Origin: Acidobacteriota bacterium
GTDB taxonomy: Bacteria; Acidobacteriota; UBA6911
Assembly: GCA_963664705.1 (NCBI GenBank)
Contig: OY761556.1
Coordinates: 448,001 to 512,000, forward strand
Length of the DNA: 64,000 nucleotides
Direction of reading: 5' to 3'
Shown here: positions 38,877-47,053 of the stretch, one piece after another
How the letters are laid out: every line of letters begins with the position of its first letter
How positions within the stretch are numbered: the first letter of the stretch is position 1
Made by a program: the position numbers and the translations under genes
The notes under the pieces: generated by a model
What the model was told of the DNA's origin: nothing
Databases searched by the model: none
Seen by the model: only the letters and a program-made list of their open reading frames with translations

Positions 38877-39920
38877 ATGCCGGAAATGCCAGAAGTAGAA
38901 ACTCTTGCCCGAAAGCTCCGACGCAGCATTGTCGGTAAACAGGTTGCGGAAGTACGCCTTTCAGGCTTCTCTCTGCGCAAGCCTATTGCCGATACGTTTT
39001 CCACGGTGCTGCGAGGACGCACGATTGTTCGGATCCTTCGAAGAGGCAAATACATCATCGCGGAGATGAAACCGAAGGCGTATTGGGTGATTCACCTTGG
39101 AATGAGCGGCAGCGTTTTGTACCGCCCGGGCAGCTCCGCTCCCGCCAAACATACACACGCCATTTTTCGTTTTGAGGATTCCTCCGAGCTGGAATACCGG
39201 GACCATCGGCGATTTGGTCTTCTGTCGGCATACGAAGTGCCGCGACTGAAACTCGTTCCGGAAGTTTGCAGCCTTGGAATGGATCCTCTGCTCGGCAGTT
39301 TTAAGGCACAGTGGCTTCTGCCGAGGCTCAACAAAAGCCACCAGGAAATTAAGTCGTTTCTCCTCGATCAAAGTAAAATTGCCGGGCTTGGAAACATTTA
39401 CGCGTGTGAGTCGCTGTTTTATGCGCGCATTCATCCATCCAGGCGATGCTACACTTTGGATCGGAGCGAAGCCGCCCGGCTGGTAAATGCAATTCGAAAG
39501 GTGCTGGGTAGCGCCATTCGGAATAAGGGCACAACGTTTTCGGATTTTATGGATTCGAATGGAGATCCGGGCGATAACCAAAGGTTTTTAAGGGTTTTTC
39601 AGCGTGAGGGAGAACCGTGCTACCGCTGCCATAATCCGATTGAGAGGATTCGGCAGGGGAATCGGAGTTCCTTTTATTGTTCATGTTGCCAGGTCTGGAC
39701 ATTGTTGTTGAAAGGGAGGTCTGAAATGACGGAATCGTATCGAAAGTGTTCTCATTGCAAGGGCACGGGGAAGTGCCGCAATTGCCATGGCACAGGCAGA
39801 CTGGCGCTCCAAAAGGGAAAAGCGTGCACATCCTGCTATCCGCATGGGAGCGGCAATTGTCAGAATTGCCGCGGACTGGGTGGTTTTGATGCTTCAGGAA
39901 ATCCGGCAAAAGCGGAGTGA
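38877..39920 (+). CDS. mutM: Formamidopyrimidine-DNA glycosylase with in-frame C-terminal DnaJ-type zinc-finger extension
   Basis: MPEMPEVET, RRGKY, HLGMSG, DHRRFG, LLDQSKIAGLGNIYACESLF, CYRC...CSCCQ. The frame then continues into four CxxC(x)GxG repeats. Confidence 0.92.
   Translation: MPEMPEVETLARKLRRSIVGKQVAEVRLSGFSLRKPIADTFSTVLRGRTIVRILRRGKYIIAEMKPKAYWVIHLGMSGSVLYRPGSSAPAKHTHAIFRFEDSSELEYRDHRRFGLLSAYEVPRLKLVPEVCSLGMDPLLGSFKAQWLLPRLNKSHQEIKSFLLDQSKIAGLGNIYACESLFYARIHPSRRCYTLDRSEAARLVNAIRKVLGSAIRNKGTTFSDFMDSNGDPGDNQRFLRVFQREGEPCYRCHNPIERIRQGNRSSFYCSCCQVWTLLLKGRSEMTESYRKCSHCKGTGKCRNCHGTGRLALQKGKACTSCYPHGSGNCQNCRGLGGFDASGNPAKAE
39726..39920 (+). CDS. Possible separately translated 64-aa CxxCxGxG zinc-finger protein (in frame with mutM)
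   Basis: Strong SD GGGAGGT at 39714-39720 before ATG 39726. CSHCKGTG, CRNCHGTG, CTSCYPHGSG, CQNCRGLG. Confidence 0.6.
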   Translation: MTESYRKCSHCKGTGKCRNCHGTGRLALQKGKACTSCYPHGSGNCQNCRGLGGFDASGNPAKAE

Positions 39921-39988
39921 CGATTGCTATTTCCTGAAAACGGATTGGATCTTGCAACGATCCGGAGTCGTCAATCGGAGTATTGCGG

Positions 39989-40765
39989 ATGTTTCTGGCC
40001 ATTGATATTGGGAATACAAACATCACTCTGGGACTCTACCAGGGAGACCGTCTAGGGCCGCGATGGCGGTTGGCCACCGGGCATGGCAGAATGCCGGACG
40101 AATACGGAACCCTTCTCATGGGGTTGTTTAAGAATTCGAAGATTGATCCGGCTGGAATCAGGGCAATCGCAATGGCCTCCGTCGTACCGCCTCTTACGGG
40201 GACCTTTGCCGAAGCCTGCCGGCGCTATTTACAGGCCGAGCCCTTCATTATCGACGGCAACAGCAAAACAGGAGTGCATATCCGTTACGAGGATCCTGCG
40301 CAGGTAGGCGCTGATCGTGTTGTCGATGCGGCAGCAGCGTACCGGTTGTATGGAGGGCCTGCCTGCATCATCGATCTTGGGACCGCAACCACGTTTGATG
40401 CGATATCCCGGGAAGGGGAGTACCTGGGAGGTGCGATTTCTCCCGGGATAGGGATCGCGGCGGATGCTCTTTTTCAGCGGGCGGCCAAGCTCCCTAAAGT
40501 CGATATCCAACGGCCCCCGGCTGCCATTGGCCGCAACACATCCCAGTCGCTGCAATCCGGGTTGCTGTTCGGTTATGTCGGATTGGTGGAAGGGATGGTT
40601 GCCCGCTTTCGTGCCGAATTGGGATCCGATACCAAAGTCATCGCAACTGGAGGACTGGCTGAGGTAATTGCCAGAGAAACAAAATCCATATCCATCGTGG
40701 CGCCATGGCTGACACTGGATGGGCTGCGAATCATTTACGAATTGAATAATCCGCAGCATCCCTGA
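39989..40765 (+). CDS. coaX: Type III pantothenate kinase
   Basis: LAIDIGNTN, SVVP, VGADRV, IIDLGTATTFD, GGAISPG, VIATGG, LTLDGL. Confidence 0.96.
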   Translation: MFLAIDIGNTNITLGLYQGDRLGPRWRLATGHGRMPDEYGTLLMGLFKNSKIDPAGIRAIAMASVVPPLTGTFAEACRRYLQAEPFIIDGNSKTGVHIRYEDPAQVGADRVVDAAAAYRLYGGPACIIDLGTATTFDAISREGEYLGGAISPGIGIAADALFQRAAKLPKVDIQRPPAAIGRNTSQSLQSGLLFGYVGLVEGMVARFRAELGSDTKVIATGGLAEVIARETKSISIVAPWLTLDGLRIIYELNNPQHP

Positions 40766-40794
40766 TCATTTCCGCAGTATGAAATTCTCAAATC

Positions 40795-40828
40795 AGCACA
40801 AAACCAGGATGTCCGGGGCTTTTGTGCT
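40795..40828 (+). terminator. Hairpin after coaX
   Basis: AGCACAAAA ... TTTTGTGCT enclosing a short GC-rich inner stem. Confidence 0.45.
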
Positions 40829-40880
40829 AACCGTGTGCCGGGCGGCCGCCGATAAACAGTAGAACCAAGGTGATATTGAT

Positions 40881-41486
40881 ATGCAATCGTTTGCCTACAA
40901 TTCGAGGTGGCTCGCCGCCACATTGTCAACTGATGCGGTCATTACATCACTATCCTATGGAGCGGAACAGTTTACGGGGTATTCGCCTCAGGAACTTGTT
41001 GGCCGCCCGATTACCCAGATCTTCTCCGATCCAACGGCATTTGAGGTGGGCCGAATGCTGGATTCAGCCAATCAATGGGGGCATTGGGAAGGAGATATCA
41101 TCCATAGAACGAGGGCGGGAAAGGACCTTGAGGCACGAGGGACGGTGTCCTTGCTGGCGGGCAGCGGCAATCATTCTGCCGGGTACCTTGTCTTCTCGAG
41201 CCTGAATACAAAATCTGCAGGGAACAAGCCTCCCAATGCTCTTTCTACTGAGATTGCCGGGAAGCTGCGAACCTTTTCGCATGACCTGAACAATCCTCTC
41301 GCGGTGATGATGGGATTCGCACAACTGCTCATTTTGAATCCAAATTGTCAGGGGACGGTAAGGAAGGATATAGAAAAGCTTTATTCGGAACTGAAACGCG
41401 TTATCCTGGTCGTGGATAACCTGCACAGCTATGCGATGTCGATGTATGAAAAGCCTGAGAAGGAGAAGGAGGCGGCCAGCGGCTAG
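40881..41486 (+). CDS. PAS plus HisKA (DHp) protein lacking a HATPase domain
   Basis: PAS signature GAEQFTGYSPQELVGRPI...WEGDIIHRTRAG; H-box FSHDLNNPLAVMMGFAQLL. The protein ends about 65 aa later with no N/G1/F/G2 boxes. Confidence 0.75.
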   Translation: MQSFAYNSRWLAATLSTDAVITSLSYGAEQFTGYSPQELVGRPITQIFSDPTAFEVGRMLDSANQWGHWEGDIIHRTRAGKDLEARGTVSLLAGSGNHSAGYLVFSSLNTKSAGNKPPNALSTEIAGKLRTFSHDLNNPLAVMMGFAQLLILNPNCQGTVRKDIEKLYSELKRVILVVDNLHSYAMSMYEKPEKEKEAASG

Positions 41487-41519
41487 CCTTGATGGCCAGC
41501 CGCCAATCACCGAACTTGC

Positions 41520-43436
41520 CTAGTAGTTGACTGAAGTATCCAGCGCCTTCTGATTTACCTTGATTTTTCCCGCCTTCTCCATGGTTTCCATCTGCTTGCG
41601 GACATAGTCCTGGAAATACGGATCCTGGTAGGATTCGAGCAATTTATCTGTCAGCTCTGTCTTCTGTTTCTGGAAGGCTGCTTCGTCAAACGGCGTGCGG
41701 GATTTCACCTGAATGACGGTTTCGTTGTCCAGCAATGGGATCGGAGCGCTTACAGCCCCGGGCGCCAGATCAAAAGCGGCCTTGGTGAATGCCGAATTGG
41801 CGCCGATTTCCGCTCCGGGATTCCCGGTGATGTTGAACGGCTGACTTGTCTTGACCGTCAGTCCCATCGATTTCGCCGCTTTTTCGAGACTGCCTTGCTT
41901 GGCGGCTTCTTCTGAAAGCTTTTGAGTCGCTTCCCGCATCAGCTCGTTTGCCTTTGCGTCGGCAAAATCTTTCTCTACCAGGCTCCGCGATTCGGCAAAT
42001 TCGCCGGGCCTGGGCATTTGTACCTCGAGCAACTTGGGTATCGCATATCCAATCTGGATCTCAACCGCTTTCCCGGTCGAGTTGATCTGCTTCAGCGCAA
42101 AGATTTCATCGCGCAGTTCTCCGGAGATGCCGAAATCGAACGGGTTGTCGTCATTCTTCATCAAAGGAGTTTCCTTTACCTCTGCTGCTGTGCCGATTTC
42201 CTTGGCGACCTGTGCCAGATCCTTCTGCTTTTGCGCAAGTGTGGCGGCCTGATCCGCCTTTTGTTTTGCCAACTCCTTGGCCTTTTTCAGCTGAATGCTC
42301 GCGACCAGGTTCGCGCGACTCGATTGAAGGGTAGGGGTTTCGTGCGCCAGAACTTTAATAATATGGAATCCGTATTGAGATCTCACCAGTCCGGAAATCT
42401 CCCCGGGTTTCAGCGCGAAAGCCGCATCTTCGAACTCCTTTACCATCTGCCCGCGCTTGAATGAACCAAGCCCACCGCCCTGGCCGGCGCTGCCCGTGTC
42501 TTCAGAGTATTTCTTTGCGAGAGTCGCGAAGTCCTGCCCGGATTTGGCTTGTTTTAGAACCGCTTCTGCTTTGGCTTTGACTTCGGCTTCCTTGGATGGA
42601 TCATCGACCTTGAAGAGGATATGGGCCGCATCTACGGTCTCGTCATGCGGACGCTGATTCCATTCAGCAAGGATTTCCTGTTCCGTGGCTCCTGCGGTCG
42701 ACAGCAGGGGAGCAATCGGAATCACCAGGTATTGGGCGCGGCGTTTTTCCTTTAGCTTATAGTTGGTCTTGTGTGCATCAAAATAGGCCTTGAGATCCGC
42801 ATCCGCCGGCTTGACCTTTTTTTTGAAATCGTCCTTTTTCAGAATCACAAAGTCGACGACCGTCTGCTGATTATTGCGGGTAAATTCATCTCTCAGTTCG
42901 CCGTCGCTTACTCGCATGGAATCTGTAATGACCGCACGCAGTTTTCTGGTCAGCTGCGACGTCCTGACTTCTTCCTCGAAATCCTGGACGGAGATGTTAT
43001 TGGCCTGGAGGAGCGCCTTATATTGCTCCACACCGATAAACTTGCCCTGATCCTGGAAAGATGGATGGCTTTCCACAACCTGCCGGACTTCTTCCGGAGT
43101 CACGTCGATTCCCATTCGCTTGGCAATGATCTCGACCACCTTCTGCGTGATCAGGCTGTCGAGCACCTGTCTGGGAACTCCCATGGCTTTCAGCACTGCG
43201 GGGTCGACATTGTTTCTCCCGCCATTGCTGTAATTGCGGATCACCCGACGATACGCCTCGGCGTAGGTCTGGATAGGGATGGACTGGCCATCGACCGTGG
43301 CGGCCGATGTATCCGTAGCCACTGTCCCCATATTCATTCCAGGCACGAAGAATAGCAACATGCCGAGGGCCAAGCTGAAAATGACAAGCCAAAGGACGAT
43401 TTTTAGCCGCTGTTTGCGGCGCATTATATCCAGCAT
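41520..43436 (-). CDS. ppiD: PpiD-like periplasmic chaperone (SurA N-terminal and parvulin domains)
   Basis: N-terminal TM anchor; AAHILF, DFATLAKKYSEDTGS, GGGLGSF, MVKEFEDAAF, SQYGFHIIK. Confidence 0.88.
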   Translation of the reverse strand: MLDIMRRKQRLKIVLWLVIFSLALGMLLFFVPGMNMGTVATDTSAATVDGQSIPIQTYAEAYRRVIRNYSNGGRNNVDPAVLKAMGVPRQVLDSLITQKVVEIIAKRMGIDVTPEEVRQVVESHPSFQDQGKFIGVEQYKALLQANNISVQDFEEEVRTSQLTRKLRAVITDSMRVSDGELRDEFTRNNQQTVVDFVILKKDDFKKKVKPADADLKAYFDAHKTNYKLKEKRRAQYLVIPIAPLLSTAGATEQEILAEWNQRPHDETVDAAHILFKVDDPSKEAEVKAKAEAVLKQAKSGQDFATLAKKYSEDTGSAGQGGGLGSFKRGQMVKEFEDAAFALKPGEISGLVRSQYGFHIIKVLAHETPTLQSSRANLVASIQLKKAKELAKQKADQAATLAQKQKDLAQVAKEIGTAAEVKETPLMKNDDNPFDFGISGELRDEIFALKQINSTGKAVEIQIGYAIPKLLEVQMPRPGEFAESRSLVEKDFADAKANELMREATQKLSEEAAKQGSLEKAAKSMGLTVKTSQPFNITGNPGAEIGANSAFTKAAFDLAPGAVSAPIPLLDNETVIQVKSRTPFDEAAFQKQKTELTDKLLESYQDPYFQDYVRKQMETMEKAGKIKVNQKALDTSVNY

Positions 43437-43474
43437 AGGAAAGAACCCGCCTCCGTTCGTGAGTAAAGGGTGGA

Positions 43475-43483
43475 ATTATAGCA
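43475..43483 (-). promoter_or_regulatory. Extended -10 promoter of ppiD
   Basis: Minus strand TGCTATAAT about 40 nt upstream of the ppiD start. Confidence 0.55.
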
Positions 43484-43536
43484 CAAGCAGCAATTAGGCG
43501 ACGCTATCCTATTTTTCATTTTCAGCGCGAACTTTC

Positions 43537-43670
43537 AAGAGCCTGCCGCGGGCACCAGAGCCTCGCGGGCAAGGTATGGCCGCTTCCACGACGCTAATGC
43601 AGCCGTCCCGTCCAACGCCATATACTATTTGTTCAAAGCCCTGTGATGCGAATAACGCACCAGGCCCTCC
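43537..43670 (-). ncRNA. Candidate 6S-like structured RNA (core; may extend to 43483-43701)
   Basis: Minus strand: GAGGGCCTGGTGCG pairs with CGCGGCAGGCTCTT (13/14 counting G-U); GCAT-CAGGGCTTTG pairs with CGAGGCTCTG-GTGC; A-rich bubble TGAACAAATAGTA; inner TATGGC/GCCATA stem. Confidence 0.35.
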
Positions 43671-43727
43671 CGGGGCTGATATGCATCGCTGGGCTGCCCG
43701 CATCTGATAATACCGTAAGGGTTTCCT

Positions 43728-43756
43728 TTGGTTATTTTTTGTGAGGATTATATAAT
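43728..43756 (+). promoter_or_regulatory. Putative sigma70 promoter for the FecR-like/GGDEF/mre operon
   Basis: TTGGTT-N17-TATAAT. The -10 lies in the palindrome ATTATATAAT, which also gives TATAAT on the minus strand. Confidence 0.5.
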
Positions 43757-43942
43757 AAACCACCCCTGATTTTCCGATGAGAGTCGGGAGAGCATGTTCT
43801 TGTGTCAGAATGCTTCTGTCCATGTGTCTCTGCCCCCGAATTCGGTTCTATTGTGCGGAGGCTTTCAACCCGTTTTTTGGTTGTTTTAAAAATGCTTAAA
43901 CTCCAGGGTGGCCCTGAGTCCAATCCCGCCGTGGCCGGGCAA

Positions 43943-44620
43943 ATGAAGAAATTGTTATTGGCGGGTTTTGCAATTCTGGTTGGAATTGCTTTATTGGGTA
44001 TTGGCGTCTATTTCAGTCTGCACCGAGGGAGCAAAGCCTCCGAAAAGATGCCGGCTCAACCCCCGGTTGCTGAACTTATCTCTGCCAGCGGCATGATCCT
44101 GGTTCAAACTCCGGGGAATCCTGAATGGCGCGAAGTAAAGACAGGAGCTCGCTTTAGTGAAGGAGATCTGGTTCGTACCGACAGCGCCGGCGATGCGGGA
44201 ATACAGTACAAAAATGGGACTGTTGTTACAATTCCTCGGAACACGGTCATGACGGTTCGCAAATCTGCAGGGAATGAAATGGAGATAGCGGTTTCTCCGG
44301 ATGCAACCATGCCGCCACTGCTGCTGTCTGATGAAAAAGGCAACCCGAAGTCGGGCAAAGGACCCTTTATTGAATTGCATCAGATCATACCCTTCGGGAA
44401 AAGTCTGGAGCTAATCGGTCGCGTGGAAACGGGAAGCAGCCTTTTGATAAATGGCGAAATAGCGGATGTGACAGCGGAAGGACAGTTCAAGCATTTTACC
44501 AAGCCGTTTCCCTCGTCGGTGGATATTGTGCACTTGAATCTTAAAGTTACGGATCTGGCTGGAAGGACTCATACGTACACCGCGATTCACGATTTCCGAA
44601 CCTATGGTGGAGCGAACTGA
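43943..44620 (+). CDS. Membrane-anchored periplasmic protein with FecR-like N-terminal beta domain
   Basis: TM segment LLLAGFAILVGIALLGIGVYF, then WREVKTGARFSEGDLVRT...IQYKNGTVVTI (FecR-like) and an Ig-like C-terminus. Start moved to ATG 43943. Confidence 0.6.
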   Translation: MKKLLLAGFAILVGIALLGIGVYFSLHRGSKASEKMPAQPPVAELISASGMILVQTPGNPEWREVKTGARFSEGDLVRTDSAGDAGIQYKNGTVVTIPRNTVMTVRKSAGNEMEIAVSPDATMPPLLLSDEKGNPKSGKGPFIELHQIIPFGKSLELIGRVETGSSLLINGEIADVTAEGQFKHFTKPFPSSVDIVHLNLKVTDLAGRTHTYTAIHDFRTYGGAN

Positions 44621-44621
44621 T

Positions 44622-46022
44622 ATGGTTGATCCGCCAAAGATCGGAATCATCTATCGAGAGACTCCTCCTCGGCTCCTGGTAGAAGTTTCCGAAAAGGGAT
44701 CCATGCCGTGGGCGGTCGAATTCTTTCCGGAAAATACGATCCTGAACGGCCCTATCGCTCCTTCAAAACAATACCTGGCGGTTCTATATCCTTTCGCCAA
44801 TAAAACTGCTGATATCGAGAGGCACCTGTCCAACCTGTTCCCAGGGGCAGAAATTGTCGGATACCTGAACTCGGAAGACCGGCATCCCGGAAGTTTTTCC
44901 AAAACGGAAGATGGACAACTGGTGCTGCAGCTCCCGATGCCCATGCCTCTCGTCCGATATTTGATGGACAGTTTTTTCACGGCCCGCACACAGCGGAGGG
45001 AACTGATTCAAGCCCAGCGACGCGTCGATGATATCCGGGATTTCTTTGAGGCGTTCGCCAATACCGTCGATTCCTCCTCGAGCACCAATGACCGTAAACT
45101 CGGAATGAGCCTGCTGATCAACAAGATCCTGTCGCACATACAGGCCGAAGAGTGCATCCTGTATCTATTTGGAGAAAGCGGCGGGACACTGCAGCGTGCC
45201 TATAGTACGGGCAATATCAAAGATATAGACCTGTTTGAGCAGCGGGCAAACGGTTCGATTGTGGAGAAGGTGCTAAGCGGCGGGACTCCATACGTGAATA
45301 ACAGCTATTCCTTCGAGTTGAGGGTTCCTTTCAGCAAGGAAAGCGTGTTCATTAAGTCGATTCTCTGCTATCCGCTTGTACATAAAGGAGAAAAGATAGG
45401 TGCTATTGAACTGATCAACAAAGCCTCCGGCGTTTTCACCCCCGAGGACCAGTCTCTGATTGAGATGATGCTCAATCCCCTTGCCATTGCCGTCCGAACG
45501 GTGGAAATGTTTGAAAGTGCTGAACGATTGACGATAACTGACGATTTGACTAAACTTTACAACTATCGATACCTCATGACCTATCTTGAGGCGGACGTTA
45601 AGCGTTGCTTGCGCTACAAGAAAAAAGTATCTTTGCTCTTCATAGATGTTGATGGATTTAAGAGGATCAACGATACTTTCGGACATCTGGTTGGAAGTCA
45701 AGCTCTCGCCGAGATGGGTCAGGTCTTTAGAAGAATCGTTCGTGAAACCGATGTCGTCGGAAGATATGGAGGAGACGAGTTTGTGATTGTTCTGCCGGAA
45801 ACCCCTTTGAATGGGGCGATGGTGATAGCAGAGCGGATCCGGAAAAAAGTAGAAGAGTGTGAGTTTGTTGCCCAGAACTTGAGCATACGTCTTACCGTAA
45901 GTCTGGGAGTCGCAAATTGCCCGAAACACACCCTTACCGCTGAAGGGCTTATCAAGAAGGCCGATGCCGCCATGTACCGGGCCAAGGAGCTTTCCAAGAA
46001 CAGCATCAAAGTCGCCGTTTAG
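44622..46022 (+). CDS. GAF-GGDEF diguanylate cyclase
   Basis: GAF (SILCYPL...IGAIELINK...FTPED); TDDLTKLYN, DVDGFKRINDTFGH, RETD I-site, RYGGDEF, ADAAMYRAK. Confidence 0.93.
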   Translation: MVDPPKIGIIYRETPPRLLVEVSEKGSMPWAVEFFPENTILNGPIAPSKQYLAVLYPFANKTADIERHLSNLFPGAEIVGYLNSEDRHPGSFSKTEDGQLVLQLPMPMPLVRYLMDSFFTARTQRRELIQAQRRVDDIRDFFEAFANTVDSSSSTNDRKLGMSLLINKILSHIQAEECILYLFGESGGTLQRAYSTGNIKDIDLFEQRANGSIVEKVLSGGTPYVNNSYSFELRVPFSKESVFIKSILCYPLVHKGEKIGAIELINKASGVFTPEDQSLIEMMLNPLAIAVRTVEMFESAERLTITDDLTKLYNYRYLMTYLEADVKRCLRYKKKVSLLFIDVDGFKRINDTFGHLVGSQALAEMGQVFRRIVRETDVVGRYGGDEFVIVLPETPLNGAMVIAERIRKKVEECEFVAQNLSIRLTVSLGVANCPKHTLTAEGLIKKADAAMYRAKELSKNSIKVAV

Positions 46023-46027
46023 GAATT

Positions 46028-47053
46028 ATGAATTTACGATCATTATTCGGTTTTTTTTCAAGTGATTTGGCAATTGATCTGGGAACTGCCAACACTCTTG
46101 TCTACGCCAAGGGCCGTGGAATTGTGGTGAATGAGCCCTCTATTGTGGCGCTGGACCGAACCAGCAAGAAGGTTCTTGCGGTCGGGCACGAAGCCAAGGA
46201 AATGCTTGGTAGAACGCCCGCCGACATCGTGGCCGTGAAACCGATGAAGGATGGTGTGATTGCCGATTTCGACGTGACAGAAGTCATGTTGAAATACTTT
46301 ATTAAAGAGGCTCACAGCCGCAACCACCTTCTTAGCCCCCGTATCGTTATCGGCATTCCATCGGAAATTACTCAGGTGGAAAAGCGCGCGGTGCAGGAAT
46401 CTGCCTTGCGGGCGAAAGCCAGCGAGGTTTACCTGGTCGAGCAGGCCATTGTTGCCGCGATCGGTGCCGGGATGCCAATTACCGAGGCGTGCGGCAACAT
46501 GATTGTGGATATCGGTGGGGGCACGACCGACATTGCGGTGATCTCGCTCTCCGGTATCGTGTACAGCCGTTCGGTTCGGGTTGCCGGGAACGAAATGGAT
46601 GAAGCCATCATCCAGTACATCAAACGCAAGCACAACCTGCTCATCGGCGAACGCACCGCGGAGACCATCAAAATGCAGTTGGGTTCCGCTGGCCCGCTGG
46701 ATAGGCCGATGACAATGGAAATAAAAGGGCGTAACCTTATCGAAGGAGTGCCCAAGACTATCACGGTCACAGACGAGGAGATTCGCGAAGCTCTGAGCGA
46801 CAGTATCGCCATCCTCATCAATGCGATCAAAGTTGCGCTTGAACGGACTCCTCCCGAACTCTCGGCAGACATCATGGATCGCGGGATTGTTCTGACGGGC
46901 GGGGGCGCTCTGCTGAAAAGATTCGACAAGCGGCTGGCATCGGAAACAGGTCTGCCTGTATTCGTTGCCGAAGATCCGCTGTCGTCCGTGGTTTTGGGTA
47001 CCAGCAAAATGCTGACGGACCTGAAGCTGTTCCGGAGAATCTGTGTCCAGTGA
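46028..47053 (+). CDS. mreB: Rod shape-determining protein MreB
   Basis: LAIDLGTANTLV, VDIGGGTTD, TPPELSADI, LTGGGALL. Confidence 0.98.
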   Translation: MNLRSLFGFFSSDLAIDLGTANTLVYAKGRGIVVNEPSIVALDRTSKKVLAVGHEAKEMLGRTPADIVAVKPMKDGVIADFDVTEVMLKYFIKEAHSRNHLLSPRIVIGIPSEITQVEKRAVQESALRAKASEVYLVEQAIVAAIGAGMPITEACGNMIVDIGGGTTDIAVISLSGIVYSRSVRVAGNEMDEAIIQYIKRKHNLLIGERTAETIKMQLGSAGPLDRPMTMEIKGRNLIEGVPKTITVTDEEIREALSDSIAILINAIKVALERTPPELSADIMDRGIVLTGGGALLKRFDKRLASETGLPVFVAEDPLSSVVLGTSKMLTDLKLFRRICVQ

